From the NCBI GenBank assembly GCA_037305845.1, contig CP147778.1:1184001-1248000 (forward strand): a DNA stretch of 64,000 bases. The letters are read 5' to 3'. The translations under genes and the position numbers were made by a program. Below are positions 39,903-50,605 of the stretch, in pieces (the stretch's first letter is position 1; every line of letters starts with the position of its first letter). The notes below the pieces were generated by a model that was not told the DNA's origin, did no database searches, and worked only from the letters and a program-made list of their open reading frames with translations. Origin of the DNA: Candidatus Freyarchaeum deiterrae. Its GTDB lineage: Archaea > Asgardarchaeota > Jordiarchaeia > Jordiarchaeales > Jordiarchaeaceae.

Positions 39903-40134
39903 TGTTTTGTACCTTCCAATTTTTGTAATATTAATATTATAAAGACATCAGTCGACCAATTTAAAAACACTTTCGCAAAATTGAAAAAAGAATTAACCAA
40001 AAAACTTGTTTTATATAAGAGGTTTCTTAAAATGCGGGGTCTTCGCAAAAAAGTGAAGTTGGAGAACATCTTAAAGCGGTATTGGAGCTAATAGTTGAGA
40101 AATAAAAAATGAATTTGTTCGGAAATTTTAGTAT

Positions 40135-41837
<1,703 letters not shown>

Positions 41838-41967
41838 CTTTGAACGCGTAATTAAAATGTAAAAAATTTACAATAATGGGATTCAAAGAGTTATATTGCA
41901 TTTTTTAAACAAGAATTTTGCAATCGAATAATGATATTTGGATTCCAAGTAAAGTGCATTTATCTAT

Positions 41968-43098
41968 CTACATTGTTTCTATTGGAAGTTTGTTTAGAAC
42001 TTGGTTACCTTCTTCTGTTATTAGTATAGTATTTTCTATTTTTAGACCGCCGAATTCGGGTATGTAGAGTGCGGGTTCTAGGTTTATGATTAGACCATCT
42101 CTAATTTTATCCGTGTTATTTAATGAGATTATGGGAGGCTCGTATTGGTCTAAACCTATCCCGTGTCCAATGGGGTGGATAAAGAACGGTTCGTAACCCT
42201 TTTCTTTTATCACATTTCTAGCCACTAGGTCTAATTGGCTTAGGGGAATCCCCGGTTTAGCGTATTGTAGGGCGTCACCGAGAGCTTGCTTTACAACCTC
42301 AAAAATCTCTTTATGCTTTTTGTGTGGGCTGCCTGTGAAAATGGTTCTTGACACGTCGGCGCAATATTCGTTATAAGAAGCAGCCACATTTATCGTTACA
42401 AGCTCATTTTCTTCGATCTTTTTATTCCCTGCGATTGCATATGGATAAGCAGATTTTGAACCCGACACTACCACGCTCTCAAATAGAGCTTTCTGAGAAC
42501 CTGCCCTACGCAGAGCACTCTCCACCTCTACAGCAACCTGTATTTCTGTTGATCCAGGGCTGATAATTTCTATAGCAGTTCTCAATCCTTTTTCAGCAAT
42601 CTCTATCGCTCTCTGCATATTTTCGATTTCCGAAATATCTTTATACATACGCATTTCCCAGACATTCTTTGAAACGTCTTTGAATCCCACCTTAGGCAAC
42701 TTTTTCTTTAGAGCTTCAAATGTTAAGACAGGGAGTCGGGAGAGTTCAACACCTATTATACTCTCCGTCAAACTTTTCTCTTCAATTATAGCACTAATTG
42801 AATCGATGACGCTATCCACTTTCTCATTTTTCTCATCGGTCTTGAGAGGATACGGGTAATAACATCGAACATCCTTAATCCATGAGGACTCTGCTGCTCT
42901 ATCCAATTCTATACGTGAAACAGTGAGGGTTGCTTCATTATCTCCGGAAAATATAACCGCGCTGGGAACATCAAGTGAATGGCTGTAGAATCCCGTTAAA
43001 TAGTAAATATTTTTGGGTTCCAATAGTAGTAGAGCGTTTATTCCTTCACTGACAAGTATTCTTTTGGCCTTATCAAAACGAGTGGAATTCACTCTCAT
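41968..43098 (-). CDS. Xaa-Pro peptidase (M24) family protein with atypical active site
   Basis: NIYYLTGF, YCADVSRT, GHGIGL, EPALY and IENT motifs. Confidence 0.85.
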   Translation of the reverse strand: MRVNSTRFDKAKRILVSEGINALLLLEPKNIYYLTGFYSHSLDVPSAVIFSGDNEATLTVSRIELDRAAESSWIKDVRCYYPYPLKTDEKNEKVDSVIDSISAIIEEKSLTESIIGVELSRLPVLTFEALKKKLPKVGFKDVSKNVWEMRMYKDISEIENMQRAIEIAEKGLRTAIEIISPGSTEIQVAVEVESALRRAGSQKALFESVVVSGSKSAYPYAIAGNKKIEENELVTINVAASYNEYCADVSRTIFTGSPHKKHKEIFEVVKQALGDALQYAKPGIPLSQLDLVARNVIKEKGYEPFFIHPIGHGIGLDQYEPPIISLNNTDKIRDGLIINLEPALYIPEFGGLKIENTILITEEGNQVLNKLPIETM

Positions 43099-43352
43099 TG
43101 GTAACCACCCAACATCTGATAAGTTATTTACTAGTTAACAGTTAAATCCACACGTAATGTTCAAAAACCTTACGGCTATTACTCAAACTTAATAAGTTAA
43201 TACAAATAAAAACCTAACCGCTTAAAGACTTTGAATTAGGCAAAAAACGCTAAAACTCAGAGAATCAATGATTTAAGAAAGATGGTTGGTTGATTCAATT
43301 TCAAAATCAGAAAGCCAGTTAAACCCTACGGAGGGGAAACAAAATAGGAAAA

Positions 43353-43856
43353 ATGATAGTTTTAACCATAAAAATCCCGGAGCAAATATTAGAAGAATTG
43401 GATAAAAGAGTCAGCCGTGGTAAACGTTCCGCGTTTATAAAGGAGGCCATAATAGAAAAGCTGGAGAAAGTACCGGACGATAAAGAAAAAGGTTTGAAAA
43501 ACGAAATCGACCAACTCAGATCCAGAGTCATAAAAATTGAGAGAGTCATTAAAAAAGAAGAATCAATTAATGACACCGAATCAGAGGAAGAGGATCTAGA
43601 ACAACTTCTTAATAAATCATGCAACGATGAGACAGACAGACGAATAATAAGTAATCTCTTAGAATTAGGTGGCGCCACAACCAAGGAGTTAGAATCGGTA
43701 ACCGGCCTTAAGCGGCGGCAGATTCTCACCCGAATTAAAAGTATAGCGATTAGAACAGAAGAAAAATTTGGAAAAAAAATAATCCAGTTCAAAGGCTCCA
43801 TGAATAAAGGGAAAAAACAAGCCTGGTGGATTGAAACAGACCAAATTGTCGAGTAA
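43353..43856 (+). CDS. Ribbon-helix-helix (CopG-like) regulator with coiled coil and wHTH
   Basis: LTIKIPEQILEELD...RSAFIKEAI; C-terminal ATTKELESVTG. Confidence 0.75.
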   Translation: MIVLTIKIPEQILEELDKRVSRGKRSAFIKEAIIEKLEKVPDDKEKGLKNEIDQLRSRVIKIERVIKKEESINDTESEEEDLEQLLNKSCNDETDRRIISNLLELGGATTKELESVTGLKRRQILTRIKSIAIRTEEKFGKKIIQFKGSMNKGKKQAWWIETDQIVE

Positions 43857-43915
43857 CCAAAATATCTAAAAATATAAAATCTAGTTCTTCACCTAATCAA
43901 ACTTGACCAAAACGC

Positions 43916-44043
43916 GGGCCTGTAGTCTAGTGGATAGGGCGCCGGCCTCCGGATAAACATAATGTTTAGAAGAAAGCCGGATATTCAGGGGTTCGAAGAA
44001 GTACTCCAATCGAAGTAATTCGAAAGTCCCTTCAGGCCCGCCA
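43916..44043 (+). tRNA. tRNA-Arg(CCG) with two introns (37/38: 43953-43974; 59/60: 43998-44026)
   Basis: Acceptor stem GGGCCTG/CAGGCCC plus GCCA; anticodon stem CCGGC/GCCGG; BHB motifs at both junctions; 77 nt after splicing. Confidence 0.9.
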
Positions 44044-44144
44044 TTCAATTTCAAATTTAAAAAAATGGATAAAAGCATAATGGAATATCTTTTATTGTAT
44101 TGTATACACCGCAGTTTTGGTAAATAGAGTAAATCTGAAAGTGG

Positions 44145-46055
44145 TTGGTAGACTTTATGCTCACAGAAACGAGAGAAAAAATTATAGAGGCAATATACAG
44201 TGCCCTCGAATCACTGGGAATTGATAACGCAGTCTCAACAGAAGAGGTTAGTTTAAGTCTAGAACAGCCCCCAGATCCCAAACTAGGGAACCTTTCATCC
44301 TCGATAGCCTTTCGCGTTGCAAAGATCCTCAAGCGTAAACCGATAGAAACCGCCCAGCAGGTAGCAGAACAACTAAAAGTTCAGGAACTGCCCCTTGTCG
44401 AGAGAATAGAAGTTGCAAACCCGGGTTATATTAACTTTTACTTCGACGATTTAAAACTCGCAGAGATGACCATAAAAAAGGTTTTTACTGAGGGTCAGGC
44501 CTATGGGCAGATGAATCTGGGAAAGGGTGATAAAGTATTAGTTGAGCACACAGCGGTTAATCCAACTAAACCTTTACACATTGGTCACCTAAGGAACGCC
44601 GTCTTGGGTGATGTGGTAGCAAACCTGCATAGAAATGTTGGATGGAAAGTTGAGGTGGAGAATTTCATAGATGATTTGGGAAGACAGGTTGGAGTGCTAG
44701 TCTGGGCTTTTCTGAACAATATACACTTAGAGATGCCCAGGGAAAAGGATACCAAACTAGACTTTTGGTACGGATTAATATATGCCAGAGCTGCGCAGCT
44801 TCTTAAAGAAAAACCGGAATTGGAAAAAGATGTGGATGCAGTAATGAAGGAGATGGAAAAGGGGGGAAACGAAGTTGCGGATTTCAGCCGACATTTATCC
44901 GAGATGTGTGTTGAGTCAAATCTTGAGACAACAACCAGAGCAAATATCCCATACAACCTACTGGTTTGGGAAAGTGATATTGCGCGGTCTAAAATATGGG
45001 CGGAGACTCTCAAAAAACTGGAAAAATCTGAAAACTTCGTCTGGGAAACAGAGGGTGAGTATAAAGGTTGCTTTATAGCGAAATTCGGTAGATTGGAAGA
45101 GTTCCAGGACAAGAAAAATCCAGACAAGGTAATAATACGCTCTAACCAGGTACCCACCTATATAGCACACGACATAGCCTACCAGTTATGGAAATTTGGG
45201 AAGCTCAGCACTAAAATGAAATACCGTCCGTGGAACACTCAGTTCAACCAACAGGTATTATGGACTACATCTCCCACATTAAGCAACCCCAACGATGAAT
45301 TTGCTAATGCGAAAAAGGTAATAAACGTGATAGGATACGAGCAGGAATACTTACAGCAAGGTCTTAAAGCAATCATTAAACTTCTCGGTTATGATGAGGA
45401 AGAGAAAAACTCAATCCACCTCTCCTATAAACATGTCAAACTTGCAGAGGAAAGATTCAGCGGACGAGAGGGAAATTGGGTGGGATATCATGCAGATGCA
45501 GTAATCAATCAGACCTCCATCCGAGCATACACACAAATAAGCAAAAACCTGCCAGATATTTCCGAACTCGAAAAGAGAGAACTAGCGGATATAATAGCCA
45601 TAGGGGCAGTAAGATTCTGGCTTATAAAGTTCAGCACCGAGCAAACCATAGTATTCGATTTTGACAAAGTAACAAACTTCGACGGAGAAACCGGACCCTA
45701 CATACAATACGCAGGAGTCAGGGCCAGAAGTATACTAGAAAAGGCTGGTATAAAACCAAAACCAAAAATAAAACCAGAAAAACTAAGCGATGAGAGAGAA
45801 AAAGCCCTAATACAGCACATAGCACAGTTTCCCGAAATAATAAAAGCAGCAGCCGAGCAACTCAAACCCCACCTACTAGCAGAATACACTTACCAACTTG
45901 CCCTAAAATTCAGCAAATTCTACGAATCCCAACCCGTCCTCACAGCGGAAGACGAAGAAACAAAAAACGCCAGACTCACACTAGTCTACATAACAAAACA
46001 AACCATAGACAACGCACTAAGCATATTAGGAATACAAGTACCAGTAAAAATGTAG
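44145..46055 (+). CDS. argS: Arginine--tRNA ligase
   Basis: VEHTAVNPTKPLHIGHLRN, FSGREG and GPYIQYA motifs. Confidence 0.96.
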   Translation: MVDFMLTETREKIIEAIYSALESLGIDNAVSTEEVSLSLEQPPDPKLGNLSSSIAFRVAKILKRKPIETAQQVAEQLKVQELPLVERIEVANPGYINFYFDDLKLAEMTIKKVFTEGQAYGQMNLGKGDKVLVEHTAVNPTKPLHIGHLRNAVLGDVVANLHRNVGWKVEVENFIDDLGRQVGVLVWAFLNNIHLEMPREKDTKLDFWYGLIYARAAQLLKEKPELEKDVDAVMKEMEKGGNEVADFSRHLSEMCVESNLETTTRANIPYNLLVWESDIARSKIWAETLKKLEKSENFVWETEGEYKGCFIAKFGRLEEFQDKKNPDKVIIRSNQVPTYIAHDIAYQLWKFGKLSTKMKYRPWNTQFNQQVLWTTSPTLSNPNDEFANAKKVINVIGYEQEYLQQGLKAIIKLLGYDEEEKNSIHLSYKHVKLAEERFSGREGNWVGYHADAVINQTSIRAYTQISKNLPDISELEKRELADIIAIGAVRFWLIKFSTEQTIVFDFDKVTNFDGETGPYIQYAGVRARSILEKAGIKPKPKIKPEKLSDEREKALIQHIAQFPEIIKAAAEQLKPHLLAEYTYQLALKFSKFYESQPVLTAEDEETKNARLTLVYITKQTIDNALSILGIQVPVKM

Positions 46056-46065
46056 AAAAGGTGTT

Positions 46066-46205
46066 TGGCGGGCTCAGCGGGATTTGAATTCGTGAATCCA
46101 CCTCAAGGATGGATTTCCCACGATCACAGGCTCCGCAGGCATACGCACCAATCAAATATGGTTCTGCGCCCTTTCAGGAGCCTATCCTGACTAGGCCATG
46201 AGCCC
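46066..46205 (-). tRNA. tRNA-Arg(GCG) with three non-canonical introns (46173-46183, 46141-46163, 46089-46116)
   Basis: Removing the 11-, 23- and 28-nt introns gives GGGCTCATGGCCTAGTCAGGATAGGGCGCAGGCCTGCGGAGCCTGTGATCGTGGGTTCAAATCCCGCTGAGCCCGCCA, a 78-nt cloverleaf. Confidence 0.88.
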
Positions 46206-46404
46206 GCAAAGTGCTACTCGTATTAGGCATTTAACAGAATAAAAATTTTATGTAGTCGAACATTTTCATGATTAGTGGTGGATTGATGGCCCTTTTTCTT
46301 CTGAGATTATAATTTTTCCAAATAAGCTGGGTTTTTAAGAAGACTTGGGAAAATTACTGTGAACCTACTCAAATTATCGAAGACTATATTGTGGAAGAGA
46401 GATT

Positions 46405-46917
46405 ATGCAACGTAGTCAGCTCGTGGAAAAATTACTGGAAGATGTAGAGAGGAATAAGGGTAACTGGAATTCTAAGGGAGTAGCAATACTAGACCTGAAT
46501 AGTTCCGTTATTGGTTTTAAGGGTGATGTCCCAAAGGATTACATTGAATACTACCTCAAGTTTCCCATCTCGGAGATGCATGAGGGAGACACCATACACA
46601 ACCGGAACAGTTTCCTCATGAGAGTCTCGGAAAAAACGGCAGTGCTGGTAGTTCTTAGCGAAGAGCATTTTGCTAGACTAGCGGCAATAAATCTGCGGGG
46701 CAGAATATCAGCTCTCCATGACTTCTATCTGCTGGATTTGGATGGTGAAGATGGAGAGAGAATACTCAAAGGTAAAATCATCGAGGGAGAGACTTCAATT
46801 CTTGATGATGTGTTAGAAAAAATAAAATGCGGCGAAACAGCAGCAGATATAGCAATAAACGACTGGATGAATAACTTCATAAGCAAAATCAAAAACACCA
46901 CCCAAATTAGAATATAA
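46405..46917 (+). CDS. Roadblock/profilin-like fold protein, similar to 36791-37180
   Basis: GVAILDLNSSVI and LMRVSEKTAVLV parallel GLALFAIDGRLL and IMRVSERMVLAI. Confidence 0.55.
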   Translation: MQRSQLVEKLLEDVERNKGNWNSKGVAILDLNSSVIGFKGDVPKDYIEYYLKFPISEMHEGDTIHNRNSFLMRVSEKTAVLVVLSEEHFARLAAINLRGRISALHDFYLLDLDGEDGERILKGKIIEGETSILDDVLEKIKCGETAADIAINDWMNNFISKIKNTTQIRI

Positions 46918-47054
46918 AAGGCACCCCGTAAGCCATTAGATCATGTTAGTATAGCTTCTCGGTATTTTTTATTCTGGTTTAAACTCTGAATTTGGCTTCG
47001 AAAATATTTTTTATTAACTTAAATATAAGAATACAGGACTAGATTCAACGAGCC

Positions 47055-48167
47055 TTGAATTCGTTCTGGCTCGAAAACAGAGCCTTTTTAAAGGGTGGTT
47101 TTATGAAGTTAGGGTTGATTTCCCATAAGGCTTTCGAAGAGTTACATAATCCTGAGTTGACTAGACCATGGATGGAAGCATTTGAGAACCCGAATCGAAT
47201 AAAGCTTACGCGTGAATATTTGCATAATTCCGGTCTGCTGGATAACCCGAATTTGAAAAGTTTTGAATGCAAACCCGCTACTAGAGAGGATATCATACGT
47301 GTACATAATCCCTACCTTTTTGATGTAGTTAATGAACTATCCAGCCTAGGCAGTGGAGAAGTGGGTTCTTCAAGCGTCGTAGTTAAGGATACGTTTAGAG
47401 CTGCTTGCTTATCGGCTGGCGGCGCCATATCAACAGTTGATGAGGTTAACAAAGGCAGTGTAGAGACAGCCTTCGCTCTCATCCGCCCACCTGGACACCA
47501 CGCGGGAATAGGGCACTCGGAGGGAATGTGTTACTTCAACAACTGCGCCATAGCTGTAAGATGGTTGCAAGAGAAGAAAAAAGTGAAACGTGTTCTCATT
47601 CTAGACTTAGACGCACATGCCTGCGACGGAACCACCCAGATATTCTACACCGACCCCACGGTTTTTTGCTTATCTTTTCATGAATATGGTATGGAGGCAA
47701 TAGAGAGGGGATGGTTAGAGGAAGTAGGAAGTGGGGAAGGCGAGGGATACAACATTAATGTGCCACTACCATTTGGAACTTGGGGAAATGCTTATCGATG
47801 GGCTTTCGAGCAAATTTTTCCCGAGATACTCCGAGACTTCAAACCCGAAATGCTTGTAGTTTCCTTCGGCTTTGACACACACTACAGCGACCCTGTAGGA
47901 AACATGAATCTACAGGCTGAAGATTACGCTCAACTAACCCGGATAATTCTCCAGTTGGGAAAAGAGGTCTGCGGAGGAAAAACAGCCTTCATACTGGAAG
48001 GAGGATATAGCCTCTTAGCCCTACCCCTAAGCATCGGAGCAGTCATATCAACGATACTGGATACAGAAATAAAATATTTTGACAAAATCCCTGAACCGGA
48101 AAAAATCCCTAAAATAGTTAGAGACGTTACTGAGGAAATCCAAAACATAAGAAAGCAATACCTCTAA
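47055..48167 (+). CDS. HDAC-family deacetylase (class II-like)
   Basis: RPPGHHA, GMCYFNN, DLDAHACDGT, GFDTH and LEGGY motifs; probable start MKLG at about 47103. Confidence 0.92.
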   Translation: MNSFWLENRAFLKGGFMKLGLISHKAFEELHNPELTRPWMEAFENPNRIKLTREYLHNSGLLDNPNLKSFECKPATREDIIRVHNPYLFDVVNELSSLGSGEVGSSSVVVKDTFRAACLSAGGAISTVDEVNKGSVETAFALIRPPGHHAGIGHSEGMCYFNNCAIAVRWLQEKKKVKRVLILDLDAHACDGTTQIFYTDPTVFCLSFHEYGMEAIERGWLEEVGSGEGEGYNINVPLPFGTWGNAYRWAFEQIFPEILRDFKPEMLVVSFGFDTHYSDPVGNMNLQAEDYAQLTRIILQLGKEVCGGKTAFILEGGYSLLALPLSIGAVISTILDTEIKYFDKIPEPEKIPKIVRDVTEEIQNIRKQYL

Positions 48168-48487
48168 AAACGTTCTGTCGGTGCCCTCGCTTTATAGTAA
48201 GTTTTTGTTTGGCTAAGCTAAGTGCCCAATGTGTTAACAGAAATTCCCTTCCGGTCTAACTGAAGATTTTGTATTCTTTGTAAATAATGGAGCTGTAAGA
48301 AATATGGAAGTATACCTCTGAAATAAATTTAGCTGTGTGGACAATTTAGAGGTCGTTGCACTAATTAAACATGCACTCGGTGGGTGGGAGCGTTATAGTC
48401 TCATATGCAGGTGATTAAATGTTATACACATTCTAAACAGTTATGAAAATGACTATTGCCATAGAAAGGAGAGGAAGGCTGGGGGTT

Positions 48488-49171
48488 TTAAGGTTTGACA
48501 CTGCCCTGTTTGACTTGTAGCTTTTGGTCACGTATTCGCTGATAATGTGGTGTGATAAACAGAAAGTTAATTGAACCGGTAATACCAAAAAACATTAAGA
48601 GTGCTACCATCAGACCGGGGTCCTGGCGTATTATATAGAATCCTGAAAGCAACATGAGTAGTATTAGCACACAGTATATCGCGTCCAAGGTCATCATAGA
48701 GATGACTGTTCTTTTTCCCTCTTTTGTACTCCATATCAGAGATTTGAATCCTTTCACTGCTTCTCCCAGATTTTCGTAGCCGTTAACTCTGCTCAGAGGT
48801 GTAAAAAGCCTAATGGGTGTGAGCAGAAAACACACCGTGAGGGGCACCAGCAGAAGCAACTCCAACGTTAACATGAAGCCGGGATTCGTAGAAACTACTA
48901 ACCATCCTTCCCAAATCAGACCAAGAGTAGTGTAGTCTATTGAAAGCAACAAGCCAATAGTTAGAGGTCCTAGACTCAAGAGATGGGACCAGCCCGCGGG
49001 AAAAAGATAGAGCAAGCCTACGAGTAGTTTCACTCGGCTGAAAAAGAAAATATACATTAAGACAAAAAAACTGGTTACCGAAACTAGTAGAAGGACTATC
49101 AAAATTTTTTTAAATACACCACCCAGAGTTTTTGTTCTCATTTTTATCTCATCCAAACATTTATTTATCAT
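48488..49171 (-). CDS. Multi-pass membrane protein, candidate immunity protein 2
   Basis: GGAGG RBS; paralogous to 49847-50407 (LELLLLVPLT vs LDLLFLVPYT; TPLSRVNGYENLGE vs SPFSGIAGYEKFGD). Confidence 0.75.
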   Translation of the reverse strand: MINKCLDEIKMRTKTLGGVFKKILIVLLLVSVTSFFVLMYIFFFSRVKLLVGLLYLFPAGWSHLLSLGPLTIGLLLSIDYTTLGLIWEGWLVVSTNPGFMLTLELLLLVPLTVCFLLTPIRLFTPLSRVNGYENLGEAVKGFKSLIWSTKEGKRTVISMMTLDAIYCVLILLMLLSGFYIIRQDPGLMVALLMFFGITGSINFLFITPHYQRIRDQKLQVKQGSVKP

Positions 49172-49295
49172 TTAACCCTCCAAAAAAGGGAGGGAAGACC
49201 TAAACGCTCCCAATGAGGATTAGGCCTATCTGGAAAAGCGTTTTAGTTTTAAAGGGCGAATACTCATATTTCAACGTTCTTGAGAGTTACGTGGG

Positions 49296-49634
49296 TTAAG
49301 GCGGCGGCGAATTTGTAGGGAAGGGCCCTACCCAAACCCAAGTATCGAAGCCAATAGTGTTACCCCAGACAGTAACGAGATTAGTGTACTCATTCCACAA
49401 TTGACTATAATTATCAACGTTTACGGAATAAGGCCAAGGTAATTTATAGTACCAGTTATCTACGCGAATATAGTAGGGAGTGACATACGGTTGCGTATCA
49501 TAGTACGATGGGTAGGCATTCATCGGAGGAGTGAGTGGGTCGTGGAAATACTCAACTTCCCTGAAACCGAAATTTGGATCACGGGCCCAATTATAGGCTT
49601 CGGTAATAACAAAACTGTCCCAAGCAGCGGCCAT
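49296..49634 (-). CDS. Orphan divergent copy of the C-terminal domain of the 50606-51970 protein (silent cassette or pseudogene)
   Basis: AYNWARD, YFHDPLTPP, YTNLVTVWG, GFDTWVWVG and SPPP align with AYNEARD, YWHNPMLPP, YINLVTAFG, GFGNWVWLG and SPPP. Confidence 0.75.
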   Translation of the reverse strand: MAAAWDSFVITEAYNWARDPNFGFREVEYFHDPLTPPMNAYPSYYDTQPYVTPYYIRVDNWYYKLPWPYSVNVDNYSQLWNEYTNLVTVWGNTIGFDTWVWVGPFPTNSPPP

Positions 49635-49846
49635 AAAAGTATTAGCGACAACATAAACAAGATTCCATTAGATAACACCTTTTTGATAGTCATTCCAAAA
49701 GTTGTTGGGTATGAGTTCCCAGCGATGACGAGAATGTTAGTTTTTTATTGCTGTGAATGCCTTCATTGTAATAGGTTCCTTAGTGTAGAATCTGAAGCTT
49801 TAGGAACATCTCTAGCGCGCCAAGAGTATAATAACCCGTTTTCCGT

Positions 49847-50407
49847 CTATTGAATTGTTTTACGAATCTTTTGTAGTCGCATCCACGCAATAGTTAAACC
49901 CAATACACCGTCTATAAATAGTTCTAAAATAATTAGAGGGAAATTAAGTATTGTTTTGGAACTTGCAACAAAGGGAACCACCGCTACCGCGTAGAAGACT
50001 ATAATGATTAGAATCCCACTAATAATTAATGTTCTTTGCTTGCCTGTATTCTTAGTGATCATGAACCGAATTTTGTTCATCACATCACCGAATTTTTCAT
50101 AACCAGCGATTCCGCTAAAAGGTGAGATGAAAACATAGATGAGTCCTGTGACGAGAATTGCTAGCGTATAGGGAACTAGGAAAAGCAAATCTAAAATGAA
50201 CTTCGTGGTAAAATTCGTTACATATAAGGGTTGCTCAAAAAACACCACGCCGAGAAGATTAACCTTTATTATGGTTATGGGAAACACAAATACTGTGACA
50301 CTAAGCCCGTTAATCAGATACCACTGATAAACAAGAAAAGTAAGACTCACTGCCAAAAGTATGACAGTCAGTACTCCTATTATTTTAGCTAATACTTCCG
50401 TCTTCAT
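49847..50407 (-). CDS. Multi-pass membrane protein, candidate immunity protein 1
   Basis: GGAGGT RBS; about 4-5 TM segments; directly downstream of the secreted protein. Confidence 0.8.
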   Translation of the reverse strand: MKTEVLAKIIGVLTVILLAVSLTFLVYQWYLINGLSVTVFVFPITIIKVNLLGVVFFEQPLYVTNFTTKFILDLLFLVPYTLAILVTGLIYVFISPFSGIAGYEKFGDVMNKIRFMITKNTGKQRTLIISGILIIIVFYAVAVVPFVASSKTILNFPLIILELFIDGVLGLTIAWMRLQKIRKTIQ

Positions 50408-50605
50408 GGAATACCTCCAAAAAACTTTTGAAACAAATTAACATAAGAAAAATTTCGTTAATTCAAGTTATTAAATCACCTATCCATAATAGTTTTTTAC
50501 TATGAAAAAGGGGGAAATGAAAGGATTTAAGATTTCATTAATTGGTGCAATTCATTTTTAGGCTTTTGATGTACCTATGCAAAACTGCCATCAAGATACT
50601 TTGCA

